Origin: an uncultured Candidatus Binatia bacterium
Lineage (GTDB): Bacteria; Desulfobacterota; Binatia; UBA9968; JAJDTQ01
Assembly (NCBI GenBank): GCA_965242525.1
Contig: OZ251459.1
Location: 160,001 to 224,000 of the forward strand
Length of the DNA: 64,000 bases
Direction of reading: 5' to 3'
Of this stretch, positions 35,001-46,700 are shown piece by piece. The notes beneath the pieces are model-generated. The model saw nothing but the letters and a program-made list of their open reading frames with translations, had not been told where the DNA came from and made no database searches. Made by a program: the position numbers and the translations under genes. Within the stretch, counting starts at the first letter, position 1, and each line of letters begins with the position of its first letter.

Positions 35001-36139
35001 GGGTGAAGCCCAAGCCCCTGGAGGACGCCGCCCCGGATGGTGTGGCGGGCGGCGATGCGGCGTTCCGCGGTCCGCCGGTTGCCCACGCTGTCCTGCAGGG
35101 TCGTCTCCTCGTCCACCAGTTCCAGCACCGCCACGTCCGCCTCGCGGCCGACTTCGAGGACGCCGAGCCGGTCTTCCCAGCCCATGGCCCGGGCCGGGTT
35201 GACGGTGCAGTCGGCCACCACCTCGTCGAGGCTCAGGCCCAGGGTCAGGAACTTGGTCATGGTGGTGGGCAGGTCCACCACGTGGCCCGCGCCGCTGCGG
35301 CTGTGGAGGTCGGTGCTGATGACGTCCGGAGCCAGTCCCTGGTCCATGGCCCGGGCCACCAGGTCGAAGTCGAAGTGCCCGTTGGCGTGGGCCACGTCGA
35401 AGACCACGCCCCGGCGCCGGGCCTCCAGCACGGCCGGGCGGAGCCGGCCGGACGGCTCCACGATGGCCGGCTGCTTGGGCGTGTAGCAATGGGTCACGAT
35501 GTCCCCCGGCCGCAGCGTTTCGACGATCTCTTCCATGGAGACGCCGGTGTTGCCCACGTGGACCATGACCGGGGACCGGCAGGCTTCCCCCGCTTGGACC
35601 GCCAGGCCCAGGGCCTCCCGGCCGTTCCGCCCCACCGATGTCACGTGCAGCCGGACCTTGATGCCCACCGCCACGTCGGGGTTCTCCCGCACGGTGCGCG
35701 CGGCCCCTTCGGGGTCCGCGAAGGCGATGTTCTCCAGCTCCCCGGGGACGCTCAGGACCCCGTGCTGGGCCAGCGCCACGAAGGACAGCATGCGGGTGCG
35801 GGAGCGTTGGTGCACCAGGCGCCGGAAACCCGGGAAGTTCACCGGTCCCGCGGAGCCCGCGTCCGCGGCGGTGGTCACGCCGGTGGCGCGGCACACGGGG
35901 TCCGCGTCGAAGCCGTAGGGGTTGACGCCCCAATAGCTGTGCACGTGGAGGTCGATGAGGCCGGGGGTCACGAAGCAGCCCTCGGCGTCGATGACCTGCC
36001 CGGCGCCCTCGGGGGACAGCCCCGCCTGCATGGCCGCGATGCGGCCGCGGGAGATGCCCACGTCGAGCCGCCGCCGAGTCCCCTGCACCGGGTCCAGCAC
36101 CGTCCCGTTGACCAGCACCAGGTCGAATGCCCCGCTCAC
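34997..36139 (-). CDS. Amidohydrolase/deacetylase family metallohydrolase (dihydroorotase-like)
   Basis: PGLIDLHVH, DAGSAG, GIKVR, MVH, GDIVTHCY, DVAH, ISTD. Confidence 0.88.
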   Translation of the reverse strand: MSGAFDLVLVNGTVLDPVQGTRRRLDVGISRGRIAAMQAGLSPEGAGQVIDAEGCFVTPGLIDLHVHSYWGVNPYGFDADPVCRATGVTTAADAGSAGPVNFPGFRRLVHQRSRTRMLSFVALAQHGVLSVPGELENIAFADPEGAARTVRENPDVAVGIKVRLHVTSVGRNGREALGLAVQAGEACRSPVMVHVGNTGVSMEEIVETLRPGDIVTHCYTPKQPAIVEPSGRLRPAVLEARRRGVVFDVAHANGHFDFDLVARAMDQGLAPDVISTDLHSRSGAGHVVDLPTTMTKFLTLGLSLDEVVADCTVNPARAMGWEDRLGVLEVGREADVAVLELVDEETTLQDSVGNRRTAERRIAARHTIRGGVLQGLGLHP

Positions 36140-36215
36140 GCCGAAGGCCCCCTCGCGTGGGTCCCCTTCACGCGGGTCCGTTCCCGTGTCGGTCCGCTCC
36201 CGCGCCGTCCGGCCC

Positions 36216-37259
36216 TCATGACGCGGGCCGGTCCTCCGACAGGCCGTAGAACCGCGCGGGGTTGTCGTGCAGGATCCGGTCGATGACGCGGGGCTCCAAT
36301 TCGCCCTTCTCCTTGAGGCCCTTGAGGGCGAGCAACTCGCTGGCGTTGTCGGCGTGGCCGTAGTCCGAGCCGATCATGATCATGTCCTCGCCCGCGTGCC
36401 GGATCACGTAGGGCAGGTCGTCGTCGGTCTGGCAGGCCACGTAGATCCGGTTGGCCCGGAGCAGGTCGCCGTCGGGCTCGACCCCGCGCTTGCGCTGCCG
36501 CAGGGCGATGTCCTTGACCACGTGGGGGATCCATTGGGCGGCGACCTCGATGGCGCCGATGCGGAGTCCCGGGAAACGCCGGGGGACGCCGCGCATCACC
36601 AGGGCGTGGACCGCGCCGATGACCGTGAGCTTGGCGGTGCGGAACGGGTCGTTGCCGAAGGCCTCCGCCACCGCGGCGTTGCCGATGCCCGAGTGGACGC
36701 CGATGGGCACGTCCAGGCGGGCGGCCTCGTCGTAGAGCGGGAAGAAGTAGGGGTGGTGCAGCGGGTGACGGGTCTCCAGGCCGCGCATGGACACGGTGCA
36801 GGCGCCGTGGTCCGCGGCCCAGCGCAACTCGTCCAGGGCCTCCTCCATGCTCGACAGCGGCAGTTGCGCCGCCCAGCGCAGCCGCCCCTTGCCCGCGGCC
36901 CAGATGTCCCCGAGCCAGCGGTTGTACGAGCGGCACAGGGCCAACTCCACGTCGGCGCGGTCGGTGACGGGCCGCAGGAACAGGGTAGGGTAGAGCACCT
37001 GGACGTCGGTGCCGATCTCGTCCATGTGCCTGAGGCGGGCGTTGATGTCGGCCATGTCCCGGGATTCCCTGGGCGTGTCCAGGCCCACGTTGTCGCGCCC
37101 GCCGATGAGCCTGCCGTTGATGACCCAGTAGTCGCGGGTCCCGCCCTCGGGCAGGTCCACGGACACCGGAACCGGGCGGAACCGCTTGTCGCGCCCGGTG
37201 AGGTAGTCCCATGTGTGTTCGGTCTCGATGACGTGTGCGTCAGCGTCGATGGCCAGCAT
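36216..37259 (-). CDS. Amidohydrolase 2 family protein (decarboxylase/hydratase-like)
   Basis: IDADAHVIE, VLYPT, YNRW, GSDYGH, NPARFYGL. Confidence 0.88.
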   Translation of the reverse strand: MLAIDADAHVIETEHTWDYLTGRDKRFRPVPVSVDLPEGGTRDYWVINGRLIGGRDNVGLDTPRESRDMADINARLRHMDEIGTDVQVLYPTLFLRPVTDRADVELALCRSYNRWLGDIWAAGKGRLRWAAQLPLSSMEEALDELRWAADHGACTVSMRGLETRHPLHHPYFFPLYDEAARLDVPIGVHSGIGNAAVAEAFGNDPFRTAKLTVIGAVHALVMRGVPRRFPGLRIGAIEVAAQWIPHVVKDIALRQRKRGVEPDGDLLRANRIYVACQTDDDLPYVIRHAGEDMIMIGSDYGHADNASELLALKGLKEKGELEPRVIDRILHDNPARFYGLSEDRPAS

Positions 37260-37405
37260 GTCGTCCGTCCTCCACTCTGTGGCTCCGGCGCCGCCGCGGC
37301 CATGCGGCGGCGTCCGGCGCGTCCCTCCATGACCGCCTTCGCCCGCGGCCCGTCCGGGGTTCCTCCATCACGACCTCTCCCCGGGCGCCCGGGCGCGTCA
37401 TCGGG

Positions 37406-38497
37406 TCAGATGCCGTAGAAGGCCCTGGGGTTGTCCTGGGTGATCCGGGCCACCGTGGAATGGGAGATCTCGCCCTTGTCGGCGCGCTCCTTCAGGAGGC
37501 TGAGGAAGTCCATCTCCTGGGCGGAATCGTTGTGGGTGTAGTCCGAGCCCACGAGGAGTTGGCCGTCTCCCGTATGCCGGATGAGGTAGTCCAGGTCCTC
37601 GTCCACCTGGCACGATACGTACATGCGGTTCCGCCGCAGGAGGTCCTCCGGCAACTCCTCGACCTCCATGGTGGAGCGCAGCACGCTCGTGGGCCTCTCC
37701 CTGTTCTTCTCCAGCCGGCGGCGGATCTCGTACAGCACGAAGGGCACCCACGAGGCGGTGGCCTCGATGAACCCGAAGCGCAGGGCGGGGAAGCGCTCCG
37801 GCACCCCGTGGACGATCAGGGACTGGAACGCGTGCACCACCGGCAGCAGTATGCGGTAGAAGCGGCTGAAGGTGAACTCGCGCGCGGGGGTGAAGTCCGG
37901 CACGCCCGAGCCCGTGTGGAAGCAGATGGGCATGTCGAGTCCCTGGGCCTCTTCGTACAACGGAAAGAAGTAGGGGTCGTTGGCCCACAGCCCGGCCTCC
38001 CGGTCGCCCTTCTTGAGCACCCCGCAGGCGCCGTGCTCCCTGGCGAAGCGCAGCTCGTCCGGGGCCGCGTCCATGGTCAGCGTGGGCGGCAGCGCCACCC
38101 AGCGCAACCGCCCGTCGGACCGGGCCCAGCGCTCGGCCATCCACCGGTTGTAGCTGCGCCGAAGCGCCAGCTCGACTTCCGGCTTGTCGGTGAACTCCAC
38201 CAGGAACAGGGTGGGGTACATGACCTGGAAATCTACTCCCATGCGGTCCATGTCCTCCAGGCGCCTCTCCACGTCCTTCAGCTCCCGGGCGCCCTCGGTG
38301 GTGTGGGTCTCCTCGTCCCTGCGCACGAAGCGGATCTGCCGCTTGCCGTCGATGATCCAGTAGCGCATCTGCGCGTTGCTGGCGTCCTGGTTCCTGGGGT
38401 AGGCGGTGACGGGCCTGAACGCCTGGTCGCCGTCGGGCATGAACGCCCAGGTATCCTCGGTCTCGTCCACATGGGTATCGGCGTCGATGACGGGCAT
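37406..38497 (-). CDS. Amidohydrolase 2 family protein
   Basis: IDADTHVDE, VMYPT, YNRW, GSDYTH, NPRAFYGI; start at 38497 with RBS GGAGG. Confidence 0.88.
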   Translation of the reverse strand: MPVIDADTHVDETEDTWAFMPDGDQAFRPVTAYPRNQDASNAQMRYWIIDGKRQIRFVRRDEETHTTEGARELKDVERRLEDMDRMGVDFQVMYPTLFLVEFTDKPEVELALRRSYNRWMAERWARSDGRLRWVALPPTLTMDAAPDELRFAREHGACGVLKKGDREAGLWANDPYFFPLYEEAQGLDMPICFHTGSGVPDFTPAREFTFSRFYRILLPVVHAFQSLIVHGVPERFPALRFGFIEATASWVPFVLYEIRRRLEKNRERPTSVLRSTMEVEELPEDLLRRNRMYVSCQVDEDLDYLIRHTGDGQLLVGSDYTHNDSAQEMDFLSLLKERADKGEISHSTVARITQDNPRAFYGI

Positions 38498-38579
38498 GAC
38501 CTCCTCCGGGTCCGGCGCAAGAACGTAGAACGGAGTCGAACGTGGAAAGGAGTCGATTACCAGAACCGGGCAGGCTTGG

Positions 38580-39017
38580 CTAGGCACTGCCGCGGGGCCG
38601 GAACTTGGGCAGGCTGATCTCGCTGCTGGCCGGGTCGAAGACCACTTCCACGGCCATGCCGATCTCCACCCGGTCCACCGGGCACTGCACGATGTTGGTG
38701 TAGAACCGGGGTCCCTCCTCCAGATCGACCCAGGCGATGACGTAGGGGATGTCCTTCTCGAAGGCCCGGGCGCCCCGCCCGGCCAACTGGCGGATGACGG
38801 TAAAGGAATAGACCGAGCCGCGGCCGCCGAGCTCCTGCCAGTCGAGTTCCGGGCTGCCGCATTCCGTGCACGCGGGACGGGGGCACCACACGTACTCCCG
38901 GCACGTCCGGCAGCGCTGCATCACCAGCCGGCCCTCCCGGGCCGCCTGCCAGAAAGGCGCGGTGAGTTCGGTGACCTCGGGCAGGGGCCGCCGGGGTTGC
39001 CGTTCCGTTTCAGCCAT
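38580..39017 (-). CDS. DUF35 Zn-ribbon/OB-fold acyl-CoA-binding protein
   Basis: PFWQAA, CxxC...CxxC, GSVYSFTV, PYVIAWVDLEEG. Confidence 0.9.
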   Translation of the reverse strand: MAETERQPRRPLPEVTELTAPFWQAAREGRLVMQRCRTCREYVWCPRPACTECGSPELDWQELGGRGSVYSFTVIRQLAGRGARAFEKDIPYVIAWVDLEEGPRFYTNIVQCPVDRVEIGMAVEVVFDPASSEISLPKFRPRGSA

Positions 39018-40206
39018 GTTGGTTGCCCAGCAGGGCCACGGCCGTGGACCCCAGGTTCTTCCCGTAGGGGAGGCCGCCGAGGCCGGTGACCAGGCCCGTG
39101 CGCGCGTCGGCCACCTGCCTCTCGCCGCCGTCGCCCCGCAGTTGGGTCACCGCCTCCAGGATGTGGACCATGCCGCCCGCGGTGGACGGCTGCCCGCAGT
39201 TGATCATGCCGCCGCCGGTCTGGAGGGGCAGGACGCCCTTGCAGGAGAAGTCGGTGGTCTCGAAGTACCGGACGTCGCCCTTCTCGCAGAAGCCCAGGTC
39301 CTCCACCTGCATCAGCTCGATGATCACGTAGTCGTCGTAGATCTCGGCGAAGTCCACGTCGGCGCGGGCGGCGCCGGCCATGGCGAAGGCCCGGGCGCCG
39401 GCGTCCTTCACCCCCATCACCAGCGCGTCCGAGTGGCTCCGGGGGCCGTAGCTCGGGTTGTCCTGCTCGCCGAAGCCCATGAGATAGACCGGCTTCCGGC
39501 GCTGCCGGGCGCGGGCTTCGGCCGCGGACGCCAGGATGAACGCCTTGCCGCCGTTGGCGGGCATGACGCAGTCCAGCAGGCGCACGGGGTCGGCCACCAG
39601 CCGGGATTCCTTGTATTCGTCGAGGGTGAGGGGCTTCCTGAGGTAGGCGTTGGGGTTCAGCGACGCGTGGTAGCGGGCGGTGACGGCGATGTTGCCCAGC
39701 GCGTCCAGGGTGGTGCCGTACTCGTGCATGTGCCGCCGCATCACCAGCGCGATGGCGCTGTTGGCGCCCATGAGGCCGTAGGGGACCTCGAAGTCCCGGT
39801 TGTCCCGGGGCTCGACCCCGGGATGGTTCTCCACGAACGCCGCAGACGCGGCCACGCACAGCACCCGTTCCACCAGCCCGCTGTGGATGGCCGCGGCCGC
39901 CTGGCCCAGGGCGGACACCGCGCTGGCGCCGCCGTTGGCCGAGGCCAGGGACAGGGCCGGGGCGACGCCCAGTATGGCCGCGGCCTCCTCCGGCCAGAAG
40001 GGTTGCAGGTAGTTGGTGGTGTAGATGGCGGCGAGCCCCTGGCCGTCGAAGTCCTTGCGTTCGAGCCCGGCGTCCTCCATGGCCAAGCGCGCGGCCCAGG
40101 CCAAGTACTCCGGGATGGTCCTGCGCCGCTCGCCCGGACGCCGCCCCAGGCGGTCCACCGGAGTCTCGCCGATGCCGATGACGGCCGTGCTGCCGCGAAT
40201 GCTCAT
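39010..40206 (-). CDS. Thiolase-fold protein (SCP2/Ltp2-like)
   Basis: IGIGET, HASLNPNA, RLLDC, EIYDDY, QTGGG, EAVTQLRG; overlaps the DUF35 gene. Confidence 0.88.
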   Translation of the reverse strand: MSIRGSTAVIGIGETPVDRLGRRPGERRRTIPEYLAWAARLAMEDAGLERKDFDGQGLAAIYTTNYLQPFWPEEAAAILGVAPALSLASANGGASAVSALGQAAAAIHSGLVERVLCVAASAAFVENHPGVEPRDNRDFEVPYGLMGANSAIALVMRRHMHEYGTTLDALGNIAVTARYHASLNPNAYLRKPLTLDEYKESRLVADPVRLLDCVMPANGGKAFILASAAEARARQRRKPVYLMGFGEQDNPSYGPRSHSDALVMGVKDAGARAFAMAGAARADVDFAEIYDDYVIIELMQVEDLGFCEKGDVRYFETTDFSCKGVLPLQTGGGMINCGQPSTAGGMVHILEAVTQLRGDGGERQVADARTGLVTGLGGLPYGKNLGSTAVALLGNQHG

Positions 40207-40248
40207 GGGGTAGAAGGACTGCGCGCCGCCGTGCGCGCGGGTTCCCGA

Positions 40249-40291
40249 ATCATACGCGACTTTGCTTTCGCGTCAAGGGTTCGACTATAAT
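40249..40291. promoter_or_regulatory. Overlapping divergent sigma70-like promoters
   Basis: Plus strand: TTGCTT(40262)-N18-TATAAT(40286). Minus strand: TTGACG(40276-40271)-N16-TATGAT(40254-40249). Confidence 0.55.
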
Positions 40292-40378
40292 TTCTCCCGC
40301 GGCCGTACGCCGCCCGGGGCATGGCCCCGCGGCGGGTCCACCGCGCGGGCGCGACCGCCATCGAGGAGATTGCCACCC

Positions 40379-41992
40379 ATGTCGGAGTTCAGGTTTCAGC
40401 CCATTTTCGAGCTCGGCGAGGACGCCACCGAGTACCGGAGCCTGGGAACGGAGGGCGTGTCGGAGGCGAGGGTGGACGGCCGCTCCCTCCTGAAGGTGGA
40501 CCCGGCGGTGCTGCGCAGGCTCACGGCCGAGGCCATCCGCGACGTCTCCCACCTGTTCCGGCCGAGCCACTTGGCGAAGCTGCGGGCCATACTCGACGAC
40601 CCCGAGGCCTCGAAGAACGACCGCTTCGTGGCGCTCCAGCAACTCAAGAACGCCAACATCGCCGCGGGCGGCGTCCTGCCCGCGTGCCAGGACACGGGCA
40701 CCGCCATCGTCATCGGCAAGAAGGGGGAGGACGTCTTCACCGGCGCCAACGACGAGCAAGCCTTCTCCGCCGGCGTCTTCGACGTCTATACGGGCACGAA
40801 CCTGCGCTATTCGCAGCTCGCGCCCCTGACCCTGTACGAGGAACGGAACACCGGCACCAACCTGCCGGCGCAGGTGGAGATCCACGCGGCCCCCGGAGAC
40901 GCCTACGAGATCCTCTTCATCACCAAAGGAGGGGGCTCCGCCAACAAGACGTTCCTGTACCAGCAGACCCCGGCCCTGTTGAACGAAGCGTCCCTGGCGG
41001 CGTTCCTGGAGGAGCAGATCAAGACCATCGGCACCGCGGCCTGTCCGCCGTACTACCTTGCCATCGTCGTGGGCGGCACTTCGGCCGAGTTCACCCTGAA
41101 GACTGTGAAGCTGGCGAGTTGCCGCTACCTGGATGGGCTTCCCACCACCGGGAACGAGTACGGCCGGGCGTTCCGGGACCTGGAGCTGGAGGCCAGGGTC
41201 CAGGACATGAGCCACAGGATGGGCGTGGGCGCCCAGTTCGGCGGCAAGTACTTCACCCATGAGGTGCGGGTGGTCCGCTTGCCCCGGCACGGCGCTTCCT
41301 GTCCCGTGGGTATCGGCGTCTCGTGCTCCGCGGACCGGCAGGCCAGGGCCAAGATCACCCGGGACGGGGTGTTCCTGGAGCGGCTGGAGACCGACCCCGC
41401 CAGGTACCTGCCGGACTTCCACGAGGAGGACGATGCGGACACGGTGGTGCGCATCGACCTGGGCCGGCCCATGGACGAGATCCGCGGCGCCCTTTCCAGG
41501 CATCCGGTCAAGACCCGGCTGTCCCTGAACGGCGTCATCGTGGTGGCCCGGGACCTGGCCCACGCAAGACTGAAGGAGCGGCTGGATGCGGGCGAGCCGT
41601 TGCCGGACTACTTCAAGGACCACGTCATCTACTACGCCGGACCGGCCAAGACCCCCGAAGGGTACGCCTCCGGGTCGTTCGGCCCCACCACCGCCGGACG
41701 CATGGACTCCTACGTGGAGTTGTTCCAGTCCCACGGCGGCAGTCTGGTCTCCCTCGCCAAGGGCAACCGGTCGCGGCAGGTGACCGAGGCGTGCAAGAAG
41801 CACGGGGGGTTCTACCTGGGCTCCATCGGCGGCCCCGCGGCGGTGCTGGCCAGGGACCACATCAAGCGCGTGGAGGTGCTCGACTATCCCGAGTTGGGCA
41901 TGGAGGCGGTGTGGAAGATCGACGTGGAGGACTTCCCGGCCTTCATCGTCGTGGACGACAAGGGCAACGACTTCTTCTCCGACCTGCGGTAG
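40379..41992 (+). CDS. fumA: Fumarate hydratase class I (Fe-S)
   Basis: [51 protein letters not shown]. Confidence 0.93.
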   Translation: MSEFRFQPIFELGEDATEYRSLGTEGVSEARVDGRSLLKVDPAVLRRLTAEAIRDVSHLFRPSHLAKLRAILDDPEASKNDRFVALQQLKNANIAAGGVLPACQDTGTAIVIGKKGEDVFTGANDEQAFSAGVFDVYTGTNLRYSQLAPLTLYEERNTGTNLPAQVEIHAAPGDAYEILFITKGGGSANKTFLYQQTPALLNEASLAAFLEEQIKTIGTAACPPYYLAIVVGGTSAEFTLKTVKLASCRYLDGLPTTGNEYGRAFRDLELEARVQDMSHRMGVGAQFGGKYFTHEVRVVRLPRHGASCPVGIGVSCSADRQARAKITRDGVFLERLETDPARYLPDFHEEDDADTVVRIDLGRPMDEIRGALSRHPVKTRLSLNGVIVVARDLAHARLKERLDAGEPLPDYFKDHVIYYAGPAKTPEGYASGSFGPTTAGRMDSYVELFQSHGGSLVSLAKGNRSRQVTEACKKHGGFYLGSIGGPAAVLARDHIKRVEVLDYPELGMEAVWKIDVEDFPAFIVVDDKGNDFFSDLR

Positions 41993-42004
41993 CGAGGGTC
42001 AGGC

Positions 42005-42098
42005 CGTCGTTCCCGCGGACATCCCCTGCCATTCCCGCGGACGCCCATGCCATTCCCGCGTATCCCCACTCCGTCATTCCCGCGAAAGCGGGAATCCA
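42005..42098 (+). repeat. Three half-REP units followed by a full REP palindrome
   Basis: TTCCCGCG-containing units at about 21-23 bp spacing, then GTCATTCCCGCGAAAGCGGGAATCCA. Confidence 0.8.
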
Positions 42099-42136
42099 TC
42101 CCTTCTTCTACCCCTTCCGTTGCTCAGTTCCGTTAC

Positions 42137-43357
<1,221 letters not shown>

Positions 43358-43549
43358 CACTTCCGTTTCGCCGCGGCGGTCTTCCTCGAGGGACCGGAGC
43401 AGGCCGCCGTCCCGTCGTCATGGACGAGGGTGCTGGCGGCGGGTCCCCGCATGGCGTCGAGGGAGGGCAAGAGCATGGCCCATGACCGGGTTTTCGTCAA
43501 CCCGACGCCACAGAAGACCGTCGTCGGATTCCCCTTCACGGGTTTAGTT

Positions 43550-43640
43550 GTTTACTTGTTGCAAATAAACCGGAAATATGCAAAGGATCGTCGATCGTTT
43601 ATCGACGCGCAACATTATTTACACGCAGGCAGCAAATAAT
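43550..43640. promoter_or_regulatory. Two AT-rich palindromes, candidate ROK operators
   Basis: GTTTACTTGTTGCAAATAAAC (43550-43570) and ATTATTT-N13-AAATAAT (43614-43640) in an AT-rich patch between divergent genes. Confidence 0.55.
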
Positions 43641-43703
43641 GGGAACCTGTCCGAGCAAGCGAATGGCCCCGAGAGGCAGGCAAGTCAACCGCACACGGAC
43701 CGG

Positions 43704-46700
43704 ATGAAGCGCCGTATCCACAGGCACAGGGCCGTGGCTTGCCCGCGCACTGCTTTTCTGCGGGCGTTCCTCGCGGTGGCCGCGGTCGTTGCGCTGCTGA
43801 CGTCCGCCCTCCCCTCCGGGGCGCAGACCGGCGCGCCCGAGGTGCGTGGGGTCTACGTCACGTCCAGCCCCAGCAAGGCGTCGGAGACGGAGTTCCGGCC
43901 CTACGACCAGGGCGACCACGTCGACGTGCAGGTCCTCTTCAGCCAGGCGGTCACGGTCACCGGCGCGCCGCGGCTGGCCCTCACCATCGGCTCCCGCACT
44001 CGCCATGCCGCCTTCCGGTCGGTGTCCGGCGGCAACGTCTTCTTTCGCTACGAGGTCATGGGGGGCGACCGGGACGCCGACGGCATCTCCGTCGCCGCGG
44101 ACGCGCTGACGCTCAACGGCGGCGCCATCGAGGCGGGGGGCGTGGCCGCCGCCCTCGGCCTCGGCAGCCACGCGCTGGGCAACCAGGCCAACCACCGGGT
44201 GGACGGCGGCTGGCCGACCTATGGCGGCGTGGCGCAGCCCGCCTACGCCTTCACGCGCGGGACGCGCGGCAGCTTCACGCTGCCGGCGGCCGCGGACGCG
44301 AATTCGTGGACGACCTACGCGCTGGCGGCGCCGCCGGCCCTGCCCGGCGGCCTCTCCTTCGACCCGGCGACCCGCGTCCTCTCCGGCGCGCCGCAGGTGG
44401 GGATGGCGAAGACGGCCTACACGCTCAACGTCTTCCATCTCGTCGGGCCCGGGCGCAACGTGCTCGCGGACTCGCTGACGTTCACCGTCACGGCCGCCGG
44501 CGCCACGCCGGCCGTGAGCGGGGTCTCCATCGCCTCCTCCCCGGCCAGCGGCGCCAGCTACGCGACCGGCGAGAACATCGACGTGGAGGTCACCTTCAAC
44601 TACCCGGTGACGGTGACCGGCGCGCCGCGGCTGGCGCTCGCCATCGGCTCCGCCACGCGGCAGGCGGCCTACCGGACGCATAGCGGCTCGACCGTGAGCT
44701 TCCGCTACCCGGTGGCCGCGGCGGACGTGGACCGCGACGGCATCGGCATCGCCGCCGGGGCGCTCACTTTGAACGGCGGCAGCATCGAGGCGTCGAACGT
44801 CGTCGCCGCCCTCGGCCTCGGCAGCCACGCCATCACCAACGACTCCGGCCACTCGGTGAACGACCCCCAGCCCTCCTTCGGTTCGGCGACCGTGGCGGAC
44901 CGGCACTGGACCGCCGGCACGGCCGCCAGCCTGCAACTGCCCCAGGCCACCGGCGGCGACGGCACGGTGAGCTACACGCTGACCGGGCCGGGCGCGGTGA
45001 CGTCGCTGAGCCTGCCCCAAGGCCTGGTCTGGAGCGCCGCCACCCGCACGATCTCGGGCACGCCCGGCGCCGCGGCCGCCGCCGCTTCCTACACCTGGAC
45101 CGCGACCGACGGCGACGGCGATACGGCGCGGCTTTCGTTCGACGTCACGGTGGCCGCGGCCAACGCGCCGAAGCCGATAGGACTGGCGTTTCACACGCAG
45201 CCCGGCTTCGACGGCGACTACGCCGCGGGCGAGCGAATCGAGGCGTACATCCAGTTCGATCAGCTCGTCACGGTGACCGGCTCGCCGCGCCTCGCGCTCG
45301 ACGTCGGCGGTGTCGTCCGCCATGCGGCCTATTCGCGCAGCAGCAGCGACGTGGACGAGCTCGCCTTCAAGTACACCGTGACGTCGTCGGACTTCGACGG
45401 CGATGGCGTCAGCATCCGCGCGGGGGCGCTTTCGCTCAACGGCGGGACCATCGTGGGGGCCGACGCCGCCGCGGTGCCGGCCTCGCTCGCCATCGCCGCC
45501 TACGCCAGGATCAACGCCGCCGGGCATACGGTGCGCGATACGCAGCCCGCCTTCTCCGGGGCCGCCAGCGCCGCGGCCCGGTCGCTGGCCAAGGACGCGG
45601 CGACGGCCACCGACCTGCCCCGGGCCACCGGCGGTGACGGGGCGCTCACCTACGGCATCTCGCCGGCGCTGCCCGCCGGCCTGGCGCTCGGGAGCGCGCG
45701 CCCCACCATCACCGGCACGCCCACCGCCGCGGGCGCGACCACGCACACGCTCACCGCCACCGACGCCGACGGCGACGCGGCGACGCTCGGCCCGTTCACG
45801 ATCACGGTGGTGGACGGCGCGCCGGCGATTTCCGACGTGACCATCGCCTCCGTTCCGTACGCCAACGGCTCCTACGGCCTGAAGGAGCTGATCCAGGTCA
45901 CGCTCAAGTTCGACCGCGGCGTCGTCGGGCGCAATTTGTCCCTGTCCAGGCTGGCCCTGGACGTCGGCGGGACGACCCGCCTGGCGCGCTACAACGGCTT
46001 TCACCGCAACGGCGGCTGGCTCTACGAGTACGTGGTGCAGGCGGCGGACCTCGACACCGACGGCATCAGCATCGGCACGGACGCGCTGGCCCTGAACGGC
46101 TCCGCCCTGACCCACCACGAGACCGGCGTGGCCGCGTCGACGGTGCTGGGGACCCACGCCATCACCAACGCTGCGGCGCACAAGGTGGACGGCTCGGCGG
46201 CCACCGCCCTGGCCGTGGAGTCGGTGCGCATCCTCAGCACCCCGGCCAGCAGCGACGGCTACGACGTGGGCGAGAAGATCAGGACCCAGGTCACCTTCTC
46301 CCGGCCGGTCACGATCACCGGCAATCCGCGCCTCGCGCTCGCCATCGGCAACGACGTGCGCCAGGTGACCGGCTACCCCCCCTCGTGGGTAACCGACGAG
46401 CTCGTGTTCGCCTACACGGTCACCGCCAACGACCGGGACGCCGACGGCGTCTCCGTCGGCGCCTCGGCGCTCACCCTGAACGGCGCCACCATTCGCGACG
46501 CCGACGGCGCGGACGCGGCGCTCGCTCTGGGAACCAACGCCATCACCAACGCCTCGGCACACAAAGTGTACACGCCGGCGCGGGTCACCGGGGTGACCAT
46601 CAGCTCCAGCCCCGGCGCGAACGGCGCCTACGACGTGGGCGAAACCATCGACGTGGATCTGTCCTGGTCGCAACGGGTCGTCCACAGCGGGAACGGGGGG

